From contig CAXXOU010000004.1 in the NCBI GenBank assembly GCA_963677495.2, positions 896,001-960,000 on the forward strand: a stretch of 64,000 bases of DNA, given 5' to 3'. The notes under the pieces are model-generated. The model did no database searches and had not been told where the DNA came from. It saw only the letters and a list, made by a program, of their open reading frames with translations. Each line of letters opens with the position of its first letter. The first letter of the stretch is position 1. The DNA comes from Candidatus Cloacimonadales bacterium. GTDB taxonomy: Bacteria > Cloacimonadota > Cloacimonadia > Cloacimonadales > JAFGVF01. Position numbers and translations under genes: made by a program. Shown piece after piece: positions 52,017 to 61,054 of the stretch.

Positions 52017-53513
52017 CTATTCCGGTTTCATTGTAGGGAAGAGGATAACCTCTTTTATTGATTCATTTTCAGTTAAAAGCATAACTAGACGGTCGATACC
52101 GATACCAAGTCCACCTGTTGGAGGCATGCCATATTCCATCGCTTCCAAGAAGTCTTCATCTATAACGTTTGCTTCTAAATCTCCAAGCTCTCTTAGCTTA
52201 GATTGTGACTCAAGACGTTCTCTTTGATCAATCGGGTCATTCAATTCTGTGAATGCATTGGCAAATTCGTAACCGGCAATAAAGAGTTCAAAACGCTCTG
52301 TGAACATTGGGTCACCCGGTTTTGCTTTTGCCAGAGGAGAGATCTCTTTCGGATGATCAATCACAAAGGTAGGTTGAATAAGCTTATGCTCTGCAAAATG
52401 TTCAAAGATTTCAGCGATAAGTTTTCCTGAACCTGCACCTTTAGGAATCTCGATGTTCTTCTCTTTGCAAAAAGCAGATAATTCTTCAAAACTATATCCA
52501 CTTACATCAACACCTGCATGCTCTTCAATGAGCTCAAGCATTGTAGCTCTACGGAAAGGAGTTTTAAGAGAAACCTCGTGTCCTGCATAAGTTACATCTG
52601 TGTTGCCATTAACTTTTGCAGCTCCTTGACTGAAGATATCTTCAGTAATCTTCATCATGCCTTCAAGGTTTGAATATGCTTCATAGAGCTCAATAAGAGT
52701 AAACTCAGGATTATGAGTTCTATCCATACCTTCGTTGCGGAAATTCTTTCCAATCTCATAGACTTTCTCATAACCACCGATGATGAGTCTTTTTAAGTAA
52801 AGCTCAGTAGCGATTCTGAGATAAAGGTCAGTTCCAAGTGTATTATGATGAGTGATGAATGGTCTGGCATTAGCGCCACCATACAAAGGCTGAAGAGTAG
52901 GTGTTTCAACTTCAATATATCCGATTCCATCAAGGTAGGTTCTTACAAATGATACGATTCTGGAACGTTTAACGAAAGTTTCTTTGTTCTCAGGATTAAG
53001 AAGTAGGTCTAAATAACGCTTTCTATATCTTAGCTCAATATCATTGAACTCGTCATAACGCACAGCTTTTCCATCCACTATTTTCTCTTTAACAGTTGGA
53101 ATAGGGCGGATGTTCTTACTTAGCATAGTAACTTTACTAACAAGAATTGAGTACTGACCACGTTGAGTCATGAAAGCGGTTCCGTTTATCTGTACGAAAT
53201 CACTAAGGTCACAGAGTTTGAAAACTTCATAGTTCTCATCACCAACTCCGTCTTTCTTAACAAACAGCTGAATCTTACCAGTCATGTCTGTTAATTGAGC
53301 AAATCCAACTTTGCCCTGACGACGCATAGCGGTGAGACGACCGGTTACGATAACAGCCTCTTCGTTCTTTAAGTACTCCTCTTCATTATCAAGTAAATCC
53401 TTGATGTAATGAGTCCTTTCACAACTTGTAGGATATGGGTTGATTCCCAAATCTCTAATCTTTTGCAATTTCTGCTTTTTGAGACCAATAACCTGTTTTA
53501 CATTCTGTTCCAT
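52017..53513 (-). CDS. lysS: Lysine-tRNA ligase (class II)
   Basis: YGGANARPF.THHN, FRNEG.DRTHNPEFT, YGMPPTGG.GIGIDRL. Confidence 0.98.
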   Translation of the reverse strand: MEQNVKQVIGLKKQKLQKIRDLGINPYPTSCERTHYIKDLLDNEEEYLKNEEAVIVTGRLTAMRRQGKVGFAQLTDMTGKIQLFVKKDGVGDENYEVFKLCDLSDFVQINGTAFMTQRGQYSILVSKVTMLSKNIRPIPTVKEKIVDGKAVRYDEFNDIELRYRKRYLDLLLNPENKETFVKRSRIVSFVRTYLDGIGYIEVETPTLQPLYGGANARPFITHHNTLGTDLYLRIATELYLKRLIIGGYEKVYEIGKNFRNEGMDRTHNPEFTLIELYEAYSNLEGMMKITEDIFSQGAAKVNGNTDVTYAGHEVSLKTPFRRATMLELIEEHAGVDVSGYSFEELSAFCKEKNIEIPKGAGSGKLIAEIFEHFAEHKLIQPTFVIDHPKEISPLAKAKPGDPMFTERFELFIAGYEFANAFTELNDPIDQRERLESQSKLRELGDLEANVIDEDFLEAMEYGMPPTGGLGIGIDRLVMLLTENESIKEVILFPTMKPE

Positions 53514-53676
53514 CTTAGCTCCACATTGTTAGTTAAATTAGTTTGCGGTTATCTGTCGTGTATCTGTGGGGGATAGTATATGACAGTGATAACCGCAATT
53601 AAAATCTTTATTACATGACAATTTGTGAATCACATCTTCGATGTCAATAAAGATTTCTATTGAGTACACAATATAC

Positions 53677-53877
53677 GTAGGTGCATCTAGTCACTCAACT
53701 CTTAAAGGAGTTATTCAGAGTGAAGTGTGCGAACGAAGAAGGACTTCTTTAATATCCGAAACTGAAAAGCGAAAGTTCTTGATGCGAGAACGAAGTTGAC
53801 TTCGAGTTATCGGAATTAGCGATTCACACTTCGTTGAGAATCACTTCTTCCTTGGTCATCTTGCAATTGCATCTACG
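53677..53877 (+). ncRNA. Candidate ~200-nt rod-shaped structured RNA (6S-like) or folded palindromic element
   Basis: Nested stems gtaggtgca/tgcatctac, ggagttattc/gaatcacttc, agtgaagtgtg/cacacttcgtt, tccga/tcgga, gttctt/gagaac; several G.U pairs on + strand. Confidence 0.45.
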
Positions 53878-53907
53878 CAGTTGATGCATTCCATATTTAA
53901 ACCATCT

Positions 53908-54023
53908 ACCAAATCGTAGTCATCCCACTATTTTCCCACTGTGCATGCACTGTGCACCCAGTGAAACAGTGGGTTGGCAGTGCCTTCACAGTGGGGCCAC
54001 AGTGCGTACACCGTGCGTTGGTA
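53908..54023. repeat. 11-bp-phased inverted array, CACTG type (copy E)
   Basis: cact at 53926, 53937, 53948 (cagt 53959); cagtg at 53967, 53978, 53989, 54000 (ccgtg 54011); taccaa/ttggta ends. Confidence 0.85.
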
Positions 54024-54324
54024 AAAAGTGCAGTGAAAGGCAGTAAAAAGGGCAAAAAATGTAGCTAAGTCATTGCAAAAGGCACTGAGTATGTTATTCT
54101 AAAGCTGTCGCAATAGCGACCGAAGGGAGATGGGCGAATAGCGAAAATGGCTATAATCAATTTCGTGACAAGACGCACCAACGCAGATGGTGCACTCCAT
54201 AGTTGTAAGTCATTGTAAAATGCACTGCGTATGTCATCCATTAATCATGAAGGCAAAAATTTGCAATAATCCTTGACGATGTAAAACTTATTTGGATTAT
54301 TATCTCTATTGAAAGGGGTGTGTA

Positions 54325-55011
54325 ATGAAGAAAACGCTATTTATAATAATTCTATCAACACTATTCGTGTCTCTATTATTCTCTGTTAAACAAGAAATCA
54401 ATATTTCTAATCAAGTTGTACTTGATGAAATGTTAGATGAATTGGCAACAAAAGCATATGATAACTTCAAAGAAATTCCACCACATAAACTGAAAGATGG
54501 GGATGAACCAATCAGATGTGCTATTATGCCAATCAACAATGACATTAATGATAGGCTATATAACATTTTGAGTAGTAAACTTACTAAGACCGAGTTTGAT
54601 TTCTATGATAGAAAAGAAATTGATACTAACATTGAAGAACTTGCCTTGCAGAATAATGACTTATATCTTGATGATGGTAGTCTTAATTTTGGTAAGTTTA
54701 AACACTGGAAAGGTGCAATATTTGCTGATATGGACTACAAAAGTGAGACCTTCTTACTTAAAAAGACTCATTATTTAATGCTTAATGTGAAGATGGGAGA
54801 CATTGAAACTAATGGGCATCTGTGGCATGAAACCTTTACTACTGTTAGAAAAGATAAATTCCCAATAACATATCTTGTTATAGGATTAGTAGCTCTACTC
54901 TTCATAAGTATTCTGGTCAATATCGGAACTAAAGGTGTTATGACCAACGCGGTCTTAACGATCACCTTTATCCTGATGATACTTTATGCTGTTTGGTATT
55001 TTGTGGTGTAA
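54325..55011 (+). CDS. Exported CsgG/TolB-N-like domain protein with two C-terminal TM helices
   Basis: Signal peptide; AI.P, F...DR.EID..IEE..LQ pattern; hydrophobic C-terminus. Confidence 0.55.
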   Translation: MKKTLFIIILSTLFVSLLFSVKQEINISNQVVLDEMLDELATKAYDNFKEIPPHKLKDGDEPIRCAIMPINNDINDRLYNILSSKLTKTEFDFYDRKEIDTNIEELALQNNDLYLDDGSLNFGKFKHWKGAIFADMDYKSETFLLKKTHYLMLNVKMGDIETNGHLWHETFTTVRKDKFPITYLVIGLVALLFISILVNIGTKGVMTNAVLTITFILMILYAVWYFVV

Positions 55012-55101
55012 ATTCCCCTCTCGTAGAGGGGTACCGTTGAAACCGGTGGGTGTTTCTATTCCCCTCTTGTAGAGGGGTGCCGACTTGTCGGTGGGGTGTT
55101 T
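55012..55101. repeat. Two direct copies of a ~44-bp two-hairpin REP-like repeat
   Basis: attcccctct(c/t)gtagaggggt(a/g)ccg...ggtggg(g)tgttt at 55012 and 55058. Confidence 0.9.
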
Positions 55102-55118
55102 TCCCTAAAGAGTCGATA

Positions 55119-55520
55119 ATGAATAATAAATATAAAAAATACAAGAAGCTACCGTATAATCCTAAGTTGAAAGAGAAAGCAAAAGCTCTTCGGAAAGCAG
55201 GCAATCTTTCAGAAGCACTTCTTTGGCTTCCGCTAAAAAAGAAGAATTTGCTAGGACTAGATTTTCACAGGCAGAAGATTATCGGGAACTATATTGTTGA
55301 TTTTTATTGTCCTGAATTACAATTAGTTGTTGAAATAGACGGTGTTAGTCACGATTTTAAGATTGAATATGATGAACGTAGAGAAAAGTATCTAGAGTCT
55401 TTAGATTTGACTATAATACATTATAGTGATATAGATGTTAAGAGGAATATGAGTGGAGTTATTGACGATTTGATTGATAGATGCGAGAAGTTGATGTGGA
55501 GAGGTGCGCGGTTTGAGTAA
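55119..55520 (+). CDS. DUF559 (Vsr-like) endonuclease domain protein
   Basis: LPYNPKLKEKAKALRK, E.LLW, FHRQKIIGNYIVDFYC, VEIDG.SH, D.RR..YLE. Confidence 0.92.
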   Translation: MNNKYKKYKKLPYNPKLKEKAKALRKAGNLSEALLWLPLKKKNLLGLDFHRQKIIGNYIVDFYCPELQLVVEIDGVSHDFKIEYDERREKYLESLDLTIIHYSDIDVKRNMSGVIDDLIDRCEKLMWRGARFE

Positions 55521-55562
55521 AACACCCCGTCACTTCGTGCCACCCTTCTGTGAGAGGGGAAT
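55520..55562. repeat. Inverted copy of the DUF559-associated repeat
   Basis: aaacaccccgtcacttcgtgccacccttctgtgagaggggaat. Confidence 0.85.
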
Positions 55563-55700
55563 AAATCGGTGATCTTGCATTATCTGATATACACTAAAGA
55601 TCTTCTGAATGAGATATAATAGTATCAATAGCAGGACTCATCTTTGCAACGAAGACAAGCTGGTAGCAAGGCATGCATAACAGCTCGGTAGAGCTGTGAA

Positions 55701-55745
55701 AATTCCCCTCTTGTAGAGGGGTGCCGTTGGAAACGGTGGGGTGTT
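55701..55745. repeat. Direct copy of the DUF559-associated repeat
   Basis: aattcccctcttgtagaggggtgccgttggaaacggtggggtgtt. Confidence 0.9.
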
Positions 55746-55774
55746 CTCCCCAAAAGAGTACAAAAGGAGGAACA

Positions 55775-57610
55775 ATGCCATTTTGTAGCAATTGTGGCAA
55801 CAAAATAGAGGAACATGACAAGTTCTGTCCAAATTGTGGTACTCCTAATCGGAGTAGTAAAGACACTGCGAGCACTAAACCTGCTCAAGGTACAATCCTA
55901 GAACATGGTAGCTACGGACAATCCAATAGTGAACTACCAAAGGGTTTTGAGATTGAAGGTCGATATAGAATAGAACAAAAGCTTGGTAAAGGTGGATTTG
56001 GTACTGTTTATAAGGCATGGGACAGCAATGTAGATGAATACAAAGCCCTAAAGGTAATTGATAATATATTTTACGATGATAAAAGGGTTATTACCTCTCT
56101 CAAGAAAGAAACTAAGTTACTTCTTAAACTTAATTCAAAACATGTTGTGAGAATATTTGATGTACATCTTCAAGGTGATGTTAAGTTCATTGATATGGAG
56201 TATATCGATGGGGGCGACTTAGTAGATTTGATGTTATCTTATGAGGATGAGAAGGTTCCTGAAGAGCGAGTTATTGAGATAGCTAAACAGATATGCCAAG
56301 GTATGATCGATATCCATGCTCATAACATTATCCACAAAGACCTGAAACCACAGAATGTTATACTTACTAAATCCGGTCAGATAAAGATAATGGACTTCGG
56401 TATCTCAGAGACTTTCAGAAGTAGTATGAGTCGTATGAAAGAGACATCAAAGAGCGGTACACCGGCATATATGAGTCCTGAACAACTACTTGGAAAAGAT
56501 GTAGGCAAAGAATCAGATATATGGAGCTTTGGGGTTATGTTGTATGAATTGCTATCAGGTAAACAGCTTTATACAGGTAGCTCCTTGAATGAAGTTTATT
56601 TTCAGATTCAGAATAGGGAGTATACTAAGATTGATCCCGTTAGCTCAAAACTGAATTTTGTTATTGAAAAATGCTTAGTAAAAAAACATATTAACCGATA
56701 TAGATTATTCGAAGATGTACTGAATCAATTAACTAAGAAAAAAATAAATAAACAATTAATTATTACAGAAGATGTTGAGTATAACGAATTAGCGAAAGAG
56801 CACAAAACAAATATTACTAATGAGATTATTGAAACTAAAATTAACGAATTGAGTAATCATGACCATATTTCTAAAACTGGTATCGAAATGATTAGAGTTA
56901 AAAGCGGGGAATTTATTATGGGTAGTAACGAAATAGAAGCGAAACCTAAAGAAATACCTAAGCACAAAGTAACAATAGATAGCTTCTATATTGGGAAATA
57001 TCCAGTATCACAACAACTATGGAAAGGAATCATGGGTAACAATCCTTCAGAATATATAGGAGAAAGAAAACCTGTAGAAAATGTTAGTTGGTATGATGCT
57101 GTAGAATTTTGCAATAAACTTAGTGATAAAGAAGGATTGGAAAAATGCTATATTGGTTCTGTTGGTAATATCAGATGCAACTGGAACGCGAATGGATACA
57201 GATTGCCTACTGAAGCTGAATGGGAATTTTCAGCTAGAGGGGGAGGATCAAGTGAATTATATAAATATTCCGGTAGTAACAATATTGATGATGTATGTGT
57301 ATATTTATCAAAAAATGGAATTGGATCGAAAGAAATTGGTACAAAAATGCCAAACGAATTAGGAATATATGATATGAGTGGTAATGTTTGGGAATGGTGC
57401 TGGGATCTGTATGGAGAATATATTTCTAAAACTGTTTCAAATCCAACTGGAAGCACTGAAGGGACACATCGTGTATATAGAGGTGGTTGTTGGTATAGCT
57501 ATAGCTCTCATTGTCGATGTGCATTTCGTAGCAAAAACCATCCCATGGTTAAAAATGCGTTCATTGGTTTTCGAATTGCTCGTTCAATAATGAATTCTCA
57601 TGAGGACTAA
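55775..57610 (+). CDS. Zinc-ribbon + Ser/Thr protein kinase + FGE-sulfatase (C-type lectin fold) domain protein
   Basis: CSNCG..CPNCG; GKGGFG, HKDLKPQN, DFG, GTPAYMSPE; YRLPTEAEWE, N.LG.YDMSGNVWEWC, RGG, GFR; ATG 55775 after AAAGGAGG. Confidence 0.93.
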   Translation: MPFCSNCGNKIEEHDKFCPNCGTPNRSSKDTASTKPAQGTILEHGSYGQSNSELPKGFEIEGRYRIEQKLGKGGFGTVYKAWDSNVDEYKALKVIDNIFYDDKRVITSLKKETKLLLKLNSKHVVRIFDVHLQGDVKFIDMEYIDGGDLVDLMLSYEDEKVPEERVIEIAKQICQGMIDIHAHNIIHKDLKPQNVILTKSGQIKIMDFGISETFRSSMSRMKETSKSGTPAYMSPEQLLGKDVGKESDIWSFGVMLYELLSGKQLYTGSSLNEVYFQIQNREYTKIDPVSSKLNFVIEKCLVKKHINRYRLFEDVLNQLTKKKINKQLIITEDVEYNELAKEHKTNITNEIIETKINELSNHDHISKTGIEMIRVKSGEFIMGSNEIEAKPKEIPKHKVTIDSFYIGKYPVSQQLWKGIMGNNPSEYIGERKPVENVSWYDAVEFCNKLSDKEGLEKCYIGSVGNIRCNWNANGYRLPTEAEWEFSARGGGSSELYKYSGSNNIDDVCVYLSKNGIGSKEIGTKMPNELGIYDMSGNVWEWCWDLYGEYISKTVSNPTGSTEGTHRVYRGGCWYSYSSHCRCAFRSKNHPMVKNAFIGFRIARSIMNSHED

Positions 57611-59332
57611 ATGCCATATTGCGTACATTGTTCAAAAGAGATACAATCTGATTGGAAGGTTTGCCCCTTTTGTGGGAAACCTAATGTTTTGAGTCAGAAT
57701 ATGGAAAGTAATGATTCTGTAAAATCTGATACTATCTTAGAAACCGGTGGTTACGGACAATCAATAAGCGAACTACCTAAAGGTTATGAGATAGAAGGAC
57801 GATATAGAATTGATGCAAAACTTGGTAAAGGTGGTTTCGGTACTGTCTATAGAGCTTGGGATAACAATGTAGATGAATACAAAGCTCTCAAAGTGATTGA
57901 TAATATCTTTTATGATGATAAGAGGGTGATTGCATCCCTGAAGAAGGAAACCAAGTTATTGCTGAAGCTCAACTCTAAGTATGTTGTCCGTATCTTTGAT
58001 GTGCATCTTCAAGGAGATGTTAAGTTCATCGATATGGAGTATATAGATGGAGGTGACTTAGTAGATTTGATGCTTTCTTATGATGATGAGAAAGTCCCTG
58101 AAGATAAGGTAATCGAGATAGCAATACAAATATGCCAAGGGATGATTGATATTCATGCTCACAATATTATTCACAAAGACCTTAAACCACAGAATGTTAT
58201 GCTTACTAAATCCGGCCAAGTAAAGATAATGGACTTCGGTATCTCAGAGACTTTCAGAAGTAGTATGAGTCGTATGAAAGAGACATCAAAGAGCGGTACA
58301 CCTGCATATATGAGTCCGGAACAACTACTCGGAAAAGATGTAGGTAAAGAATCGGATATCTGGAGCTTTGGGGTTATGTTGTATGAGTTGCTTTCAGGGA
58401 AACAGCTCTATACCGGTAGCTCAGTGAATGAGGTTTATTTTCAGATACAGAATAGGGAGTATGAAGTCATTGATAATGTCCCTGATTTCATGAACTCTGT
58501 ACTTGAAAAATGTGTTGTACAAAGTTTTAAGGATAGGTTTTCTGATTTTGAGACTTTATCAAAATCTTTAAGTAAACAGAAGTCATTGAAAAAATCAAGT
58601 TTTGCGAATTATACTTCGAAAACAGGGATTGAGATGATTGCTGTTGAGGGTGGAAGCTTTACTCTTGGAAAAAAGGGAGCGTTCAATACGGGAAGCGAGA
58701 CTGAAGCAAGTGTTGATGATTGTTTCATTTCTACCTACCAAATAACTATCAGTAAATGGAATGAAATTATAGAAGATAACTTAAGAAAAGGGAAATACAT
58801 AAATCATCCTGTAACTAAAGTTTCATTCAAAGAAGTTGTACTTTTTTTGAACAAACTAAGTGAGTTGGAAGGGTGTCAACCTTGTTACACTAACATCAAC
58901 ACAAATATACAATGTGATTTTGGTGCTGATGGTTATAGATTACCAACTGAATCAGAATGGGAATTTGCTGCGAAAGGTGGTAACCTGAGACGTGGATACA
59001 AGTATAGTGGAAGTGATAAAGCATCAGAAGTTGCTTGGTGTTGGCCTCATTCATTCAAATCAATTACACATGTTGGAAGATTAAAATCTAATGAGTTAGG
59101 AATCTATGATATGAGTGGTAATGTTTGGGAATGGTGCTGGGATTGGTTTGGTGATTACCCACAACAGAAACTACAAAATTATAAAGGTCCTAAATTCGGT
59201 TCATTAAAAACTGTAAGGGGAGGAGACTGTATAAACACTGCATATTCTAGTCGTGTTATTAATCGTTCTTACATGAGACCTGATGCTAAAACAAAACTGC
59301 TTGGTTTCAGAATTGCTAGGAGTAGGGTTTGA
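57611..59332 (+). CDS. Second zinc-ribbon + Ser/Thr kinase + FGE-sulfatase domain protein
   Basis: Same motifs; kinase domain nearly identical to the upstream gene. Confidence 0.93.
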   Translation: MPYCVHCSKEIQSDWKVCPFCGKPNVLSQNMESNDSVKSDTILETGGYGQSISELPKGYEIEGRYRIDAKLGKGGFGTVYRAWDNNVDEYKALKVIDNIFYDDKRVIASLKKETKLLLKLNSKYVVRIFDVHLQGDVKFIDMEYIDGGDLVDLMLSYDDEKVPEDKVIEIAIQICQGMIDIHAHNIIHKDLKPQNVMLTKSGQVKIMDFGISETFRSSMSRMKETSKSGTPAYMSPEQLLGKDVGKESDIWSFGVMLYELLSGKQLYTGSSVNEVYFQIQNREYEVIDNVPDFMNSVLEKCVVQSFKDRFSDFETLSKSLSKQKSLKKSSFANYTSKTGIEMIAVEGGSFTLGKKGAFNTGSETEASVDDCFISTYQITISKWNEIIEDNLRKGKYINHPVTKVSFKEVVLFLNKLSELEGCQPCYTNINTNIQCDFGADGYRLPTESEWEFAAKGGNLRRGYKYSGSDKASEVAWCWPHSFKSITHVGRLKSNELGIYDMSGNVWEWCWDWFGDYPQQKLQNYKGPKFGSLKTVRGGDCINTAYSSRVINRSYMRPDAKTKLLGFRIARSRV

Positions 59333-59368
59333 GATATGTGAATTGTTAAAGCATAGATTACGGGGATT

Positions 59369-59527
59369 GTAGGGCACGCAGCTTGCTTTTGCCCACAGCT
59401 CGATGAGCTGTATTCATGATGACTGAAATTTATGAGATATACTAAAGAAGTTTAGGAAATAATATAAATTAGCTTCTTTGGCAGAGCTTAGCTATCGCTA
59501 AGCAGACAAGCTGGCAGCATGTCCTAC
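59369..59527. repeat. GTAG...CTAC-bounded REP-doublet-like element
   Basis: gtagggcacgcagcttg vs caagctggcagcatgtcctac; inner hairpins cagctc..gagctg and gcttagc..gctaagc; related remnant at ~55654-55697. Confidence 0.6.
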
Positions 59528-59546
59528 TAGTAAAAGTCTGGTTGTG

Positions 59547-59631
59547 AACCACGAAATAACCACGGGCAAACCACGCCCATACTACGCGAGCCGTGGTTAA
59601 CCCCTGGTTTACACGTGGTCAACCCGTGGTA
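59547..59631. repeat. 11-bp-phased inverted array, CCACG type (copy A')
   Basis: accacg at 59548, 59559, 59570, 59581 (actacg); ccgtgg-like at 59591, 59602, 59613, 59624; colinear with copy A. Confidence 0.92.
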
Positions 59632-59665
59632 AAGTATGACAGATGTGTTGGAAATTGGTGAGGGG

Positions 59666-59709
59666 AAACACCCCGCCGTTGACACGGCACCCCTCTACAA
59701 GAGGGGAAT
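59666..59709. repeat. Inverted copy of the DUF559-associated repeat
   Basis: aaacaccccgccgttgacacggcacccctctacaagaggggaat, near reverse complement of the 55701 copy. Confidence 0.9.
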
Positions 59710-59725
59710 GGGAAAAGGAGAGTAG

Positions 59726-61054
59726 ATGAAGAATTATTGGATTATAGTATTATTAGTGCTGTTTGGATGCACACAAACAAAAAAGATGGAGCCTGAGAGG
59801 AGTAAGGTTACTCACACAATTGAGAAGATTGATTGGATTGAGGAAACTCCTGAGAATACTGATAAGTACATTTATGCTGTGGGGACAGGATCTGATGCTG
59901 CTAGTGCTGATGTGGATGCACGCAATGGGATTGCATCATACTTTGAAACACGCGTTAAGACGCAGTATGAGGAGCAATGGTCTGATGTGGAAACAGAGGA
60001 GAGAAGCTACTTCCAAAGCATGATAACAGAATCAACTATCAGTAATTCAGAAGCTGTATTACCGGGGTTGATGATAATAAAAAGGGCTGAGAAGAACGGT
60101 TCTCATTATTCATTAGCTGCTCTAAATATGACTCTTCTTAAGAAATATCAAAAAAACCTAAACTCTCACTTTGATACGCAACTTCTTCAAGCTGAGATGG
60201 AAGATGACCCTGGTATAGCGTTACAGATGATATACTCAGCATCAACATTACTTGTTAAAAGCGTAGAGCCAATTTTCTATGCAGAGAAAGTACCTGCTAT
60301 TATCCAGTTAAATAGCCAACTCAATGAACTCTATGACGGATTTGAAGTTGAAACTAAGCTAATTAGGGACATGGTTAGTGATGAGTATGAGCAAGTATTA
60401 GTGACACTTACCCATGAAGGTGTTCCGGTTACAGACTATCCCTTTACGATGACAGGTTGTGAATGGAACCCGGATGATAAAGGGAACTATGTTGTTGATG
60501 TATCTGATATAACACAGAGTGCTGTGAGTTTCAAACTTGCATTTGATTATGATAAAGTAACCCTTCCCGAGGAGATAAAATCATACGAAGTGGATATGGC
60601 AAAGAAGTTCATGCGTAACTTGCTAACACGAGATATCTCAACAACATTAACAATTCCAAGAGTTCCAAGAGCATTAGTTATAACAAAAGTGAACTGTGAT
60701 CAACAACTAAATGATAGTTTAATTAATGATACAATCGTAGGGAATCTCTTAGCGGAAGGCATTAAACATGAAGAAGATAAGAGATACGCTAATGTAGTCA
60801 TAAAAGCTATTATTAATGTAAACTACTCTTCCGAAACTGCCTTAGGACATTGCTATAAATCGAATGTGATAATAGAAATAAAGATGAAAGATGAGGATAG
60901 TAAAGTTGTTGAACTTGCAACTGACGAGCAGACAAAAGCATTTGATAAAGACAAAAATAAGGCTGCATCAAAGTCCTTGAAGAAACTGAATCAAATCTTA
61001 ATCGATAGAATTGATGAAGTTACTAAACACATAAATGACAAAATGGGGTTCTAA
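59726..61054 (+). CDS. LPP20-like lipoprotein
   Basis: Lipobox LFGC; WI, YIYAVG.G...A...AR..IA..F pattern. Confidence 0.7.
   Translation: MKNYWIIVLLVLFGCTQTKKMEPERSKVTHTIEKIDWIEETPENTDKYIYAVGTGSDAASADVDARNGIASYFETRVKTQYEEQWSDVETEERSYFQSMITESTISNSEAVLPGLMIIKRAEKNGSHYSLAALNMTLLKKYQKNLNSHFDTQLLQAEMEDDPGIALQMIYSASTLLVKSVEPIFYAEKVPAIIQLNSQLNELYDGFEVETKLIRDMVSDEYEQVLVTLTHEGVPVTDYPFTMTGCEWNPDDKGNYVVDVSDITQSAVSFKLAFDYDKVTLPEEIKSYEVDMAKKFMRNLLTRDISTTLTIPRVPRALVITKVNCDQQLNDSLINDTIVGNLLAEGIKHEEDKRYANVVIKAIINVNYSSETALGHCYKSNVIIEIKMKDEDSKVVELATDEQTKAFDKDKNKAASKSLKKLNQILIDRIDEVTKHINDKMGF

Noticed and set aside
53514..53680. T-box or lysine riboswitch upstream of lysS
   Set aside because: No T-box consensus, terminator U-tract or L-box features seen, and the leader is too short.
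55594..55888. Short overlapping ORFs and upstream extensions of the DUF559 and kinase ORFs
   Set aside because: They read through REP-like repeats or are antisense shadows; better starts are 55119 and 55775.
57440..59332. Diversity-generating retroelement target regions in the FGE domains
   Set aside because: No reverse transcriptase or AAC-rich template repeat in the window, and the variable codons (aaa, atg, gcg) do not fit adenine-only mutagenesis of AAY codons. A remote DGR is not excluded.
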